From NCBI GenBank assembly GCA_964016885.1, contig OZ024753.1, positions 16,988,001-17,052,000 of the forward strand: a DNA stretch of 64,000 nt, in the 5' to 3' direction. A program made the position numbers and the translations under genes. The stretch is from Eledone cirrhosa (lineage: Eukaryota). Of the stretch, positions 50,812 to 64,000 are shown piece after piece. The first letter of the stretch is position 1, and each line of letters opens with the position of its first letter. Under the pieces are notes generated by a model, which was not told the DNA's origin, made no database searches, and was given only the letters and a program-made list of their open reading frames with translations.

Positions 50812-52253
50812 GGGGATTCCTTTCTTTGTTTCTGTGCCTCTCCTTTGTTCTGTCCTACGCCATTTTGTTTCTGTGTGTGTGTTGTGTGCTCAGTTTGCGC
50901 ATGCGCCACATCCGGGTGTCTGTGTGTGTTTATGTTCATTTATCTATTTGTTTATTTATTTATTTATTTATTTACATGTTATTGGTTGGTTGTTTGTTCT
51001 ATGTGTGTGTGTGTTTTCATTTTGTCCTTAATTGTAAGTTGTGATGTTGCTGTTCCACTCATATTTTCTATTTAATTTTGGTTGTAATTCTTTTATGTTT
51101 ATTGCCTCTGTAATTTGTCTAAACATTGCATCTTTTCTGTGTGTAGATTCTATTTTTATTTCTATGTTCTCTAATTTACCCTTGTGTTCTATCTTAGCAT
51201 GTTGGTAGAGTACAGATGATTCTTTATTATCTTGAAGGTCTCGCCAGTGTTCATTTATCCGTTCCCCTATACTACGAGCTGTCTCACCTATGTACACTAT
51301 ATTTTTGTTTCTACATTGTCCTTCAGTACATCTTATGCTATACACTACATTTCTAGTTTTACAGTTAATATGGGGGCTTATTTTACAGGTTATACATTTC
51401 TTATCTATACATTGTATAGGAGCAAATTTTGGAATAGAATAGAAAGAACTAGGAACAAGGCTAATAGAATAAACTCATGGTATGATAGCAATAAATACCA
51501 GAGTGTAATGTTCATCGATACAACCCCTAGAGGCGAACTAGCCTACAAATTTAGAAGGGCCCTAAATAAACATAAACTCAATATTAAGATAGTAGAAAGA
51601 CCAGATACCTCCGTAAAAACACTTATTAGCAAGACATACCCTTTTCAAAGACTCTCATGTATAGATAAGAAATGTATAACCTGTAAAATAAGCCCCCATA
51701 TTAACTGTAAAACTAGAAATGTAGTGTATAGCATAAGATGTACTGAAGGACAATGTAGTAACAAAAATATAGTGTACATAGGTGAGACAGCTCGTAGTGT
51801 AGGGGAACGGATAAATGAACACTGGCGAGACCTTTAAGATAGTAAAGAATCATCTGTACTCTACCAACATGCTAAAATAGAACACAAGGGTAAATTAGAG
51901 AACATAGAAATAAAAATAGAATTTACACACAGAAAAGACGCAATGTTTAGACAAATCACAGAGGCAATAAACATAAAAGAATTACAACCAAAATTAAATA
52001 GAAAATATGAGTGGAACAGCAACATCACAACTTACAATTAAGGACAAAATGAAAACACACACACACATAGAACAAACAACCAACCAATAACATGTAAATA
52101 AATAAATAAATAAACAAATAGATAAATGAACATAAACACACACAGACACCCGGATGTGGCGCATGCGCAAACTGAGCACACAACACACACACAGAAACAA
52201 AATGGCGTAGGACAGAACAAAGGAGAGGCACAGAAACAAAGAAAGGAATCCCC

Positions 52254-52298
52254 AGTCACTGAAGAGGTCACAGAGTGTGTGACGAAAGGACTATGACT
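52254..52298 (+). ncRNA. Minimal hammerhead ribozyme motif in PLE 3' UTR
   Basis: AGTCA CTGAAGA G GTCACA GAGTG TGTGAC GAAA GGAC TA TGACT. Confidence 0.85.
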
Positions 52299-52468
52299 AT
52301 ATATAAACAACTATCTGGTTGTGGAACCAACCAACCAACCAGAAATTTATAAATTTGTAAATTTATAAATATATAATAAATTGAAGTGAAAGCAACTGGT
52401 GCGTGTGTTTCTTATTGGCAACATGACCCTCCCAAAGTATAACAATATATATATATATATATATATAT

Positions 52469-52693
52469 CGGGGAAAAGAGTCAGGAAGTCAGGACCCCGA
52501 CGACTCAGCTCCGGCCGTTTCGACAGCTAGATCCGAATTAAGCCAGGCTGGCTTATCTCGGATCTAGCTGTCGAAACGGCCGGAGCTCAGCCGTTGGGGT
52601 CCTGACTCTTTTCCTATTACCCACTCTACTACTCTGAGTATCGAGTACTCTGGTGCGTTATGGTCTACTTGGTATCTTACCACACTTTCATTG

Positions 52694-52696
<3 letters not shown>
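52469..52696 (+). mobile_element. Palindromic PLE 3'-end fragment, family A
   Basis: Long hairpin plus ~80-nt tail in (TA)n, directly next to the family G insertion. Confidence 0.88.
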
Positions 52697-52730
<34 letters not shown>

Positions 52731-52808
52731 CGTGTGTATAAACGCGCACATGTACGCACCTACACGCAGGTATATCTATGTATACGCATACACTTAAATA
52801 TGTATAAA

Positions 52809-52870
<62 letters not shown>

Positions 52871-53393
52871 CTCAAGCGGACACATGCACACGCTCAGACA
52901 GAAACAGACACACACACACACACGCTCAGACAGACACACATGCTCAGGCATACACACACACATGCTCAGACAGAGAGAGACAGACACACACATGCTCAAG
53001 CAGACACACGTATGCTAAGACAGACACACACACATGCTCAAGCAGACACATACACACGCTCAGACACACATACACACGCATAGACACACGCACACGCGCA
53101 CGCACGCACTCACGCACGCACGCACACACACACACACACACGCGCTCAGACAGACACATACTCATGCTCAGACAGACAGACAGGATATTTGGCCTATGGC
53201 TGTAAAGCTGTGAGTCCGATTAATGTTGGTGTATTGTACCCTTGAGCAAGATACTTCATTTTACATTGCTCCATTTCTGCTAACTAAAATGAGTTATACC
53301 TGTAATTCAAAGGACCCAATTGTCACACTTGTGTCTCGCAGAATCTTCCTGAGAATTATCTTAACTCTACACGTGTCTGTGGAATGCTCAGCT

Positions 53394-53551
53394 TCTTCTT
53401 CTTCTTCTTCGTCGGTGGTGGCGCAGTAGTAGCAGTAACAGCAGAGTCCTCAAGTATTCCTTCCAGCAGGTCCTGTCAGAAGCAATCATCTCCACCTGAC
53501 CTGGGTGGATCCCGAGACAAGATTAGCTGAGCTCATGGATGTTATCCCAAC
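53394..53551 (-). mobile_element. RTE-like LINE 3' tail nested in a SINE B copy
   Basis: (AAG)n tail; translation LGIHP....ASDR.CW..YL; 12-bp TSD GAATGCTCAGCT at 53382 and 53552. Confidence 0.75.
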
Positions 53552-53685
53552 GAATGCTCAGCTGCCTATACGTGAATCTTTCACGAGCAGCGTGTTCCTT
53601 TGACCGATCAACTGGAGAACTCGTCGTACGAAGCGATGGAGATCCAACCAACACACACACCACACACACACTCACACACACACAT

Positions 53686-53745
<60 letters not shown>

Positions 53746-53806
53746 GAACACTCAGTCCAAGGGACGAGTTAGGTGGAAGTAGTAAAACAACAGTTAGTTC
53801 ACCATT

Positions 53807-53849
53807 ACCGAGAACAATTGTTTCACCTTATTCGGATCATCAGCTCGGT
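53807..53849 (-). ncRNA. Minimal hammerhead ribozyme motif
   Basis: Reverse complement reads ACCGAG CTGATGA TCC GAATAA GGT GAAA CAATTG TT CTCGGT; lies ~65 nt from a (TA)n tract. Confidence 0.85.
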
Positions 53850-54057
53850 TTAAATGAGGTTGTACGGAAAAGGAAAAAACAAATGTGGAACTACTTATTT
53901 ATATGTTCCGTCCTAACCACCATCCTAAACCTTGTTTTTAGTAACCACACAGCTCCTTTCGTTTCGTATCATTTTTTTAATATATATATATATATATTCA
54001 CATTTGTCTGTATTGTGCACTATAACAACATACGGTATTTTATAAGTATTTTTGTAG

Positions 54058-54318
54058 GAGGCCATATATTTATCTGCCTGACTTCCTATATCTGTAAATG
54101 CAAATGAGGGGAAAAAACACCCAAATACTTGTAGTAGAATTTAGTAATCCATTCAACGGTGAAATTTCACTCCATTATTAATCCTATTTTTCTCTTTCTT
54201 GAATGTTCTATAAAACGAAATAACGGATTAAGTTTACCACCCACTTCGTGAGTTGACTGGGATATTGGTTATTGTTGTTGTTGTTGTAGAAATTTACTGC
54301 TTTCATTTCAACGACTGA
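54058..54318 (+). CDS. Candidate micro-exon cluster (54058-54093, 54135-54158, 54233-54247, 54290-54318): GHIFICLTSYILEFSNPFNVYHPLQIYCFHFND*
   Basis: GT-AG introns of 41, 74 and 42 nt, all phase 1, with one perfect GTGAGT donor. Fitted by eye only. Confidence 0.25.
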
Positions 54319-54389
54319 TGTTTTAATCTGGACTGTTAATTCAATCTGAATGAATTAACATAGAATTGTAAAGTTCGAGTCGTTAAGTA

Positions 54390-54559
54390 CCGTATTTCCC
54401 GGCGCCGAAGACGCTTCGTCCTCGAGGACGAACCCTGATTTTGGAAACCAAAAATTTGAAAAAAATAATAATAAACAACCTTCGGCCTCCTGGAGACACG
54501 GTAGATTTTTGAGACTTATTTTAGGGAAAAAGTAGCGTCTTCAACACCGTGAAATACGG
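54390..54559. mobile_element. pogo/Tigger-like MITE
   Basis: TA|CCGTATTTCCCGGCGCCGAAGACGC ... GCGTCTTCAACACCGTGAAATACGG|TA. Confidence 0.85.
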
Positions 54560-54639
54560 TAAGTCCCTGCCTAGTATTTTGTTTTGTTTTAAATAATCTT
54601 GCAGTTATTACACAGTTGCTGGTGGCAATGTTATTAGAG

Positions 54640-55385
54640 TGTAGTAGGAGGGCAGAACCATCAGATTGTTGGACAAATACTTACCAGAACTTCAGTATTT
54701 GTTCCATGACTTTATTTGTTCAAATCTTCACCCACACCCCACCGCGGTCGATAAAATAACGTAGCAGTAATGTACTAGGGTGGATCTAATCGACTTTCCC
54801 CTCTCCTCAAAATTGTTGGCTTCGTGACTAAGTCGGAAACCATTATTTAAGTACGATCTGAGTTCAAATCTCGCCGAGGTTGACTTTGCCTTTCATCCTT
54901 ACGGGGTCGATAAAATAAAGTACCAGTAATGCATTGGATAATTGCTGGCCTTGTGCCTAAAGTAGAAACAATTATTTAAGGGCGGTGGACTGGCAATATT
55001 GGTAGCAGGTCGGACGCCATGCTTTGCAGCATAGAGTTACGTCCCTTTATGATCTGAGTTCAAATCCTGCCCAGGTTAACTTCGTCTTTCATCCTTACGG
55101 GTTTGATAAAATAAAGCACCAGTAATGCACTGGGGTCGATTTAATCGACCCCCCCCCCCCAAATTGCTGGCCTTGTGCCTATAGTAGAAATCATTACTTA
55201 AGGTCGGGAGTTTGGCAGTATCGGTATTGAGTTGGACAACATACATTCTTAGTTCAAATCCTCCATCCCCACCTCCTCGTAGTCAATTTTGATTGTTTTT
55301 CCTCACGAGATTACTAAAATGAAGTACCATTAACTCACTGGGATCAATTTAATCGATTTTCCCCTCCTCCAAAATTGTTGGCCTT
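54640..55385 (+). mobile_element. Head-to-tail cluster of four SINE A copies of differing divergence
   Basis: Copies start near 54640, 54852, 54979 and 55200. Confidence 0.85.
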
Positions 55386-58300
55386 AGCATTTAAACCGGT
55401 CATATCCGGCCAGAATTCTCTCACCTCTTTCTGTTCAAACCGGCTGTAATTGTCTGCTCATACTGATGTTAAGGTATTGTTCTCAAAACAAATAACATCA
55501 TCATTTCAGATTCGATGAAATGTGAGATAATTATGTGAGGCAAAGTCTTTACTGTGAAAATATAATAGTATATATAGAGTAATGTAAATGTTAAAGGGTT
55601 AATTCAGAAAGCATTATTACAGTATAGTTAAGGACGGTAGATTAACAGAATCGTTGGAGCGTCGGATAAAATGAAAAGTGGCTTTTTTTCTTCTCTTCTC
55701 GTATTCTGAGATCAAATCCCTCCTTCATTGACGATGAAATAAAGTAGCAGTTAGATACCGGAGGAAGGGGGTCTATATAATCCCCCCCCCCCCCAATTAC
55801 TGGCCTGAAGTTATGTTTATGATTGTTGTAGGTATTTTAAGCTTCGTATCGTGTCGTTACCTCTGTTGGTTGTTGTAGCGATTGTTGTCATTGCTGTTTA
55901 GTTTTTATTATTGTGGCTACTTCTACTGATTTTTGTTATTGATGGTGTTGTTAGTGTCGGTGTTACTGTTGTTGTATTAGCTTTTGAATATTGGCATGAC
56001 CTCTGGGGAGGGTGAGAGAGATGGAGAGGATGACAAGTTCGGCTCTTCCGTGTTCGGACTTGGTGTGCAGCGTCAGTTGTAAGTAGAGAGGTAGTGGTTT
56101 GTTCTTAGCGAAGGTTTTTAAAACCTTGTGTTTGCGACTCCTGTATATATTATATCATTCTCCGTAATTTTTCTCAGATATATTGACCAATTTAATGGAC
56201 ATATGGTCATTGGTGTTTCAACCGTGACCCTCCAGTATTTAGGGATCTTAACTGTAATAAAGGGAGGAGTGCGGGACTACGTCCAGATTATATATTTTTT
56301 TTATCCCATTTGTAAAATAAGTTGGATTACTTTGAATAAATAATTGTTTATACTTTTGGCACAAGGCCAGCAAATACCTAGTGTATTACTGGTACTTTAT
56401 TTTATCGACCCCGTAAGGATGAAAGGCAAAGTTAACCTCGGCGGGATTTGAACTCAGAATGGCAAGGGACGTAACTCTATGCGTCAAAGCATGGCGTCCG
56501 ACCCTCTACCGATACTGCCAATCCAGAATAAATAATGAATGAATATTACATAATTTATGTACTAAATTTCGTAACTCTTGAATAATTTTATTGCTTATTT
56601 AAAGATTCATTTCTTTAAAATTTTCAAATGTCAACACTTCCGGTTAGTGTCCGTTGTATTATAACACTTATAAAAACATTGCATATATTTCCGTCGTTAA
56701 TTTTCTCCTAATGTAGTTTATATATAATATCGTCTTTTTAAAACGTATCATGGATTACGTTACTGATTACAGAAGACAGTGTAACACAGTCTTCGTTCAA
56801 TTTCTGTGTATTATATATTGTCAATTACAATTTTATTTGATGTATCATATCTAGATGTATATATACTTGCGTATAATATCAATATACACACTACACATGC
56901 TAGCAGAAAACACCCGAAGGGAGGTTGTCTGCTAGTGTGTCATTTTCTTTATTTAAGGTAGTCGAAGTGTGATTTGAAGAAGATTTATAAAAAGAAAAGG
57001 AATGAGTTGTACGTGTTCTAGTTTAACCCCAGGTCAATACTCAACGAGCAAAACTATGTAAAATGACATTTTAACATTAATCATCGCATTGCTCAGAATC
57101 TAAGTCCATAATATTTAATGCACCCTTGCAGGGGGTGATTTGATGAAAATTTAGCTGGTCAAGTGATCGGGCAGTCTTCTCCATGGTTCGAAGAGGGGGG
57201 GGGGGGGTAGATGCCTGTATTGATGGTATTGTTTGTTTTATTGTTGGTAGTTTGGTGATATTATCAGTATTGTTGTTGTTAACCACACATTTGCTCCTAT
57301 TAAGCTTACTTATTATCAAAAGCATTCTGACTACGAGTAGTTCGTTTGATTTTCAGGCACAGTATATCTAGAACTACATTATTCTATGTGTCTTTCTTCA
57401 TTTAAGACACCAGTGTGTGACTTGAGGGAGATTTGGCTCCTATTTCTCGCAGGTCGAGTGGTTAGTTGGAGGCCTTTGTTTGACTCGTTTGTAGGTGTGG
57501 CTGATGCTAATGGCAGCGGTGTGCATCATGTTATTTTTTAGCTCCTGATGTAACACAATCAAAGCAAAGCCACTAACACAACCACCACCCTAATACTACC
57601 AACGCCAGTAACACTATATACCAACACACCTCAATAGTATGTTGCTGGGTGTGTTGATGTGAATAACAAAATCTACAAGTTAGGATTTCCTTCTGACACA
57701 TACAAAACTGTCAATCATGCTCTGTTAGTCAGCCAGGCTAACTTCCGGCATAGATGAGAGCATTTTGGGCAAACAATCGTTGTTAAGTTCCCCCGTATGT
57801 TGAAAATGGGGGGAGGGGTGCTTCCTTTTGGATCGATGTAAAAGGTACCTTCCCACATTAAAAAGAGGAAACAAAAACAAACAAAAGACGATATCAATAC
57901 ATAAAAAAGGTACAGAGGAACTCGCCCCCGTTTAGAAAACAAAGACAAAAACACCCTCCATTAACAAATTAACAAAATGCCCTCCACCTCAGCTCTTCTC
58001 CTTATATGATAAGTAAGAGGTTAGTGTCTTATGGTGGAGGAAATTGTAAAACGATGGACTAAACAGTATTTAACAGTGTTTCTTTACTTTCTGTGTCATT
58101 TTTTTAATTCCTCCTGGGTCGTCGATAAATTAAGTATCAATCATGTATTGTTTTATTTGGTCAACTGTAAAGTTAAGTTGTGGGAGTGGCGTGTAGCTTA
58201 GTGGTTAGAGTGTAGTGGGGGAGGGGGAGCTGCGGTCACACTGAGGCCAAGCTGTATCGGACTTCGACTTTCCCTTGGACAATATTGATAATGTAAAGAG

Positions 58301-58544
58301 GGGTGACTAGCATGAATTCAGGACTGCAGGTCTTCAACAGAAACACCTTGCTTGGGTTTGTGTCTTAGAGAGGAACTTTGTTGGAGCAAACCCATGGTGA
58401 GCTCTGACGAAGGGCAAGGGTCTCTTTCCCTCTAATTATATTATTATAGCCCCCCCCCCCCCAAAAAAAAAGCGATGTAAATAATGTATACGACAGATAA
58501 GGAGAGGGTGCTGGATAAAAAATGTTAAGTATTTGAGTAACTGT

Positions 58545-59139
58545 ATCTTATAACTGTAAAAAAGCCCCCTACCCACCTCACCCACCCCAAGATACGACGA
58601 AGTGCAGCAAGAAAGAGCGTCAACAACAGACTACAGATCAAAACCATCCTCTCTTCGGCCATGTACCAGCCAAAAGCCGCCTTAAATCCAGGAAAAGTTT
58701 CCTAAAGAGCGTCACGCCCCTTGGAACATCAAGCGTAATTATTGAAAGAGTAACTCGCTGGGAAGAAAAACTTACCAACCGCCCATCTGTAATAACAATG
58801 GAGCTAAAGGCGAGCGAGGCACTGCCCCCCCCCCCCCTGGAGCAGATACAAACTATGGAGTGTGGAAATGCCTAAACAGAATAAGATCTGGTGTTGGACG
58901 TGCAAAAGTCACGCTTGCAAAATGGGGATATTTAAAGGATGGCGACGTTGTGTGACTGTAGCATCGAACCACAGACTACGCGGCACATCCTGATATGGCC
59001 CCTGCTGGAACATCCCTGCACAGTATTGGACTTGGCAGAGTTTAATGAGAAAGGACAGCTATGTGTTCAGGTGTGGCGGAACCACATCTAGCCAAGCTTT
59101 GTAACTGGCACTCTTGTGGACATGACAAGAAGAAGAAGA
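58545..59139 (+). mobile_element. Vingi/Ingi-like LINE 3' fragment
   Basis: HPLFGH....RLKSRKSF and WKCLNRIRSGVGRAK..LAKWG...CDC...QT..H, followed by an (AAG)n tail. Confidence 0.75.
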
Positions 59140-59445
59140 CTTTAGTAACTGATTTTTGTACGGGCCAAGGCATGGATGTATGATTAAAAGGTTTAGATCT
59201 CAATCACGTCCACCATGGTTTGATCCTATTGCGAGGTAGATTAGGTAAGTGTTTTCTACCGAGGGGAAGCTATACGAAATCCCGCCACACACAGGCACGC
59301 ACGCACGGACGCAAGAATAAGCTATAGCTTATATGCATTTTTGCGTATGAAACGTATCTGATCTTTTCACACGGTTATTGAAATATTGTGACATGATCAC
59401 AGCTGAAGAGTTATAGTGAGACACTTGCGAGAATATATATATATA

Positions 59446-59850
59446 GGCGGTGGATTGGCCGTGTCGGTAGAAGGTCGGGCGCCATGCTTTGACGCATAGA
59501 GTTACGGCCCTTGCCATTCTGTGTTCAAATCCCGCCGAGGTTAACTTTGCCTTTCATCCTTACGGGGTCGATAAAATAAAGTACCAGTAATACACTGGTT
59601 ATTTGCTGGCCTTGTGCCAAAAGTAGAAACAATTATTATAATATATATGAAAAGCGGTGGACTGACAGTTCGGTAGAGCGTCGGACAACTTGCTGTACGT
59701 TCTGAGTTCAAATCCCGCCGAGGTCAGCATTGCCTTTCACCCCTACGGGGTCGATAAAATAAAGTACCAGTAATGCACTGGGGTCAATTTAATCGACTTT
59801 CTCTTCCCTTAAAATTGTTGGCCTTGTGTCTAAATCAGAAACCACTATTA
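59446..59850 (+). mobile_element. Two tandem SINE A copies
   Basis: Full head GGCGGTGGATTGGC... through AGAAACAATTATT; the second copy starts ~59654. Confidence 0.9.
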
Positions 59851-59860
59851 TAATATAAAT

Positions 59861-59913
<53 letters not shown>

Positions 59914-60570
59914 TGTGTGTGTGTCACATATGCTAATACAGAATTATATTTTACTTTCTCCTATTTTTCTTCAGGCCCCAGCCCTTTTTGTTACACACAC
60001 ACCTACAGCCCCACACACATAAACGAATGGACACCTCGTACTATCAAACACAATCACACAGACATGCACAAACATGCGTACATTGATTCAACCCTATATA
60101 TTATATCCATATGAATAGGGTTTGTAGAGGGCTGGGACCTCTAGAAATGATAAGTCGTATAATTGCTACACTCGTATGAATAGAAAAGTTTATTGGAGCT
60201 ATCACAACCCACCCAAGTTGCTGTATAAGACTCACCGTAAATACATGCATTCATATATATATATATACTATATATATATATATATATATGCATTCATATA
60301 TACCATACACACACTCACACATACATATATACATATATATATATTTATATATTTATATATGTATATATATATGTATGTATGTATATGTATTTATATACAC
60401 ATATATATATTCACACATATATACACACATATATACATATATACACACATATATACATATATACACACACATACATGCATGCGTACATACATATTTACAT
60501 ACGTATTTACACACATACACACACGTATTTACACACATACACACATACATACATATACATACATATACAT

Positions 60571-60609
<39 letters not shown>

Positions 60610-60616
<7 letters not shown>

Positions 60617-60955
60617 GTGAGGTTTTTTTACAAAAGGAAAAAAAAACGAGGTGTCCTACACGAGTGAAAGTATAAGGAAAAAAGATGAAATCAAAAATGC
60701 AACTGGAGTCTTTTTTTTTTTTATTTATATATATTTATTTGGTTCCTTTACCGGTTTCGCAGTTCTTCTGCTTTTCAAAGGTAGAATTGAGATGGAGGGT
60801 TTGTGGTTTTTCTCACATCTGGAGAAAAACCACAGACCCTCCATCTCCAATCCACTTTTGAAAAGTAGAAGAACTGCGAAACCGGTAAAGGAACCAAATA
60901 AATATATATATATAAAAAAAAAGAGTCCAGTTGCATTTTTGATTTCATCTTTTTT

Positions 60956-60960
<5 letters not shown>
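60610..60960 (-). mobile_element. Fold-back PLE-type fragment, family H (~140-bp arms, 7-nt loop, ~60-nt tail on the left)
   Basis: Arms ~60673-60814 and ~60822-60960 contain the hammerhead 3' half GAAA-CCGG-TA; (TA)n on both sides. Confidence 0.8.
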
Positions 60961-61014
<54 letters not shown>

Positions 61015-61630
61015 CATACTAATACATATACATGCAGCGGAACAGCCTGCTCATGAATTTAATGTGTGACTAAACATCTCTGAGATATGTGTAGTAATAA
61101 TATTATTCTCAGGGAGATTCAGCTTGACAGAGTATGTGACAAGGCGGGTTCTTTCAATAACAGGTACAGTCCAGTGAAACTGACAAACATCTTCTGTCAA
61201 CACTATTCCGTTTACGAGGCATGAGTTGATCAGAAGTGACGAGTGATAAGTGACACTCGGTCTAGTTTCCACGGGAGTGAGATCGAACCCGGAACAACAT
61301 GGTTGTTTAGAGAACTCTTTAACCAGTTACCACCCCCCGTCTAGGATCATACATAGACCCAGAAATGTTGACCCGTTATTCGTGAAATACTAGGGGCGAC
61401 TTTTTCCGAGGTTTATTGAAAATTCTAGATTTTTGGCCAAAAATATGGTGTCGACTTTTACGTGGGATCAACTATTACTCGAGGATATACGATATATATA
61501 TAATACATATGCATACCTATACACATCTATGCACACATATATATATATATATATGCACACACACACACACACATATATATACACATACATATACACACAC
61601 ACAGTTATATATATATATATATATATAATA

Positions 61631-61720
61631 AATGTAAGTTATCGCCGTATTTTGATACGGCGATAGCTTACATTCATAATTTCAAACTCGCTCGCTGTTT
61701 CGAAAATATTCTTACTTGAT
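61631..61720 (+). mobile_element. Miniature fold-back, family I (20-bp arms, 4-nt loop, ~45-nt tail)
   Basis: AATGTAAGTTATCGCCGTAT tttg ATACGGCGATAGCTTACATT between (TA)n tracts. Confidence 0.65.
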
Positions 61721-61737
61721 ATATATATATATATATG

Positions 61738-62060
61738 GGATAACAAATTAGCGTTATAGGTAATCCAGTTAGAGGTTGTGAGTACTCTGTATTGTGGATA
61801 GTTTTAATGTAGTTAGGTGGCGAGTTCGCGAGAATTCCTATGCAGCTTAATCTTGTAGTAATAATAGTGAAAGAGTGAAGAATAACATGGTCAACAGTAC
61901 AAAAAGGGTTTTATTTACAGTATTAACAATTGTTTCATTGATTAGGATGTCTAACGGTTGCTAATCACTTGATGTTGTGTTACTCAACCTTCAATACAGT
62001 ATATGCCTAATGAAATCATCGGAATAACTGGTTAATAACAGTTATTCCGATGATTTGATT
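61738..62060 (-). mobile_element. Family D PLE-type 3' end with a hammerhead at 61920-62027(-) and a short inverted arm at ~62039-62057
   Basis: Reverse complement reads TTATT CCGATGA TTTCATTAGG...CCTAATCAAT GAAA CAATTG TT AATAC; the tail abuts (TA)n. Confidence 0.75.
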
Positions 62061-62320
62061 CTCAACAAGGAAGATGAAAAAACTTGCCTCTTAATTTTAA
62101 ATCTCCCTTTTTTGTTTCTAATTCTTATTAATTCTTTTCAATTGTAATACTCAACATTTGATAAAATGAATTTTACTAATACATCGAAACCGGTTATACT
62201 TTATATATATTATAAACATTATAAAACTCTTTTTTAAAAGTATTTCCCTTCACATTTTTTCAATAATGTGATTTTGATGAAAAAAAAATTTCGTGCTATT
62301 TCCGTGCTATTTCCAACTTC

Positions 62321-62387
<67 letters not shown>

Positions 62388-62392
62388 ATATA

Positions 62393-62850
62393 TATAAGTT
62401 AAATCGATGAAATAAAAATTCAAGTCATTAGGAATATACTTCACTGCTTTACGATCGTTTCTAGCTGATAATAATACATCGTACACATATTTCGTTATCG
62501 ATCTATGTAAGGTTAGTTACAAAATATCAAAAGCTTTTGACAACGGCTGACGATATACACGTAGGTAAATATATTCCTTATTTGATATTTTGTAACTAAC
62601 CTTACATAGATCGATAACGAAATATGTGTACGATGTATTATTATCAGCTAGAAACGATCGTAAAGCAGTGAAGTATATTCCTAATGACTTGAATTTTTAT
62701 TTCATTGTTTTAACTTATATCATGACTCTGTTTTCCTTTTGATGTTTTATTGTTTTCCGGGATTTATTTTAACCTACAACATTTTCAACATATGGATTAC
62801 ATTGAGTTCTTCATGCAGACTAGACCCCAGAACTAACCGTGGATATTTCT
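62393..62850 (+). mobile_element. Fold-back PLE-type fragment, family J (arms ~62393-62531 and ~62581-62720, tail on the right)
   Basis: ~138-bp inverted arms with the hammerhead 3' half GAAA-CGATCG-TA. The arm-end/tail junction also occurs at ~35690-35732. Confidence 0.8.
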
Positions 62851-62949
62851 GTGTGTATATATATATATATCATCTGATGAGCGTACTGGACGTTTCTGTT
62901 TAGATCGTCTAGTTGCTAATGGAATAATTACATTGTGTTGTTTATTATG

Positions 62950-62999
<50 letters not shown>

Positions 63000-63051
63000 G
63001 CAATATATATTTATTCTTATCGAGCCCTCTTTGGATTTATTATTATTATTA

Positions 63052-63105
<54 letters not shown>

Positions 63106-63108
<3 letters not shown>

Positions 63109-63325
63109 ATAAATGTAATCTGAGTTTTTCGAATATTAATAATAACATTCGATTGTGTTGGCATGCCAACACAAGAGCAAGAATGAAGGGTTCATTCTAC
63201 TGACATGGCTATAAAATTGATGCTTGTTTGCATAATTGCAAACGAATCGAATGTTATTATTAATATTCGAAAAACTCAGATTACATTTATTGTATTCAGC
63301 CATGTAGAGCGAAATTTTCTTTTAT
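63106..63325 (+). mobile_element. Fold-back fragment, family K (~48-bp arms, ~30-nt tail)
   Basis: AATAAATGTAATCTGAGTTTTTCGAATATTAATAATAACATTCGATT and its reverse complement at ~63245-63293, flanked by (CA)n and (TA)n. Confidence 0.7.
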
Positions 63326-63811
63326 ATATATATATATATATATATACACATACATATGGCTATATACATGCATACACATATATCTTTTACACACATGCAA
63401 GCGAATATATATACAAAATTGCTTGCAATACAATGCGAAAATACACATCTTCGTAAATGCATGAACGGATGCATCTAAGCATACATTCTTTTATGAATAC
63501 ATACAAACATTATTTCATACATGCAAATATTCATAGATGTATGCACACACACTCACACACATTTATACATGCCTACATGTATAATATCTATATAAATGTA
63601 TACACACATATCATGCCTACATATGTATATATCCGTATGTATGTATTTATATATGTGTATGTACGTATATATATATATATATATATGTATGCATATGAAT
63701 GTATTTATCGATATATATATGCATAGATGTGTATAGGTATACATATGTATGTCCGTTTATACAAATATATATATATATATTATATATACCGTATATACGC
63801 GGGTATATATA

Positions 63812-63842
<31 letters not shown>

Positions 63843-64000
63843 TGAGATCAGAAAGGAAATGAGTGAAAACGTGGCAACAATCGAGAGAATGCAAGGAAGA
63901 TAAATAAATTAAATAAATAAATAAATAGCTATTAAATAAAATGGAGAAAGGAAGAAAAAGGATGAAAAGAGAGATGTGAAAGGAGGATAAAAAAGGCGAT

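Larger units (their letters stand above)
50560..52448. mobile_element. Inverted pair of 5'-truncated Penelope-like elements (Neptune-type Cys linker plus GIY-YIG), family G
   Basis: Arms 50617-51412 and 51657-52448 are near-perfect reverse complements. Translation CIDKKCITC...CKTRNVVYSIRC...YIGETARS...R.NEH...EAINI...LN. A 56-nt tail is present only on the left; (TA)n on both sides. Confidence 0.93.

Noticed and set aside
62874-62935. Hammerhead at CTGATGA..GGAATAATTA
   Set aside because: GAAA and the cleavage triplet are mutated and stem I is weak; at most a decayed copy.

Overview
Eukaryotic, repeat-dominated animal DNA with no prokaryotic features. The dense (TA)n/(CA)n microsatellites and tRNA-derived SINEs with a GCCTTTCATCCTTACGGGGTCGATAAAAT core point to an octopod cephalopod (inference). 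Bases 1-13.5 kb are three GC-rich tandem arrays (21, 42 and 43 bp units); the 43-mer has hierarchical duplications. The rest is microsatellite, two SINE families, truncated LINEs (R4/Dong, CRE, Tx1, RTE, CR1, Vingi-like), hAT and pogo MITEs, a Helitron and Penelope-like elements (PLEs). The main observation is that about 11 sequence families leave a fold-back footprint, mostly inside (TA)n: short inverted arm, spacer, long arm plus tail. These and neighbouring (TA)n-embedded fragments carry 13 recognisable hammerhead-ribozyme motifs, some with large loop-II inserts, and two families connect physically to PLE coding sequence. Unique islands between repeats parse tentatively into micro-exons with very short GT-AG introns. 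Almost all ORFs in the supplied track are repeat artefacts.
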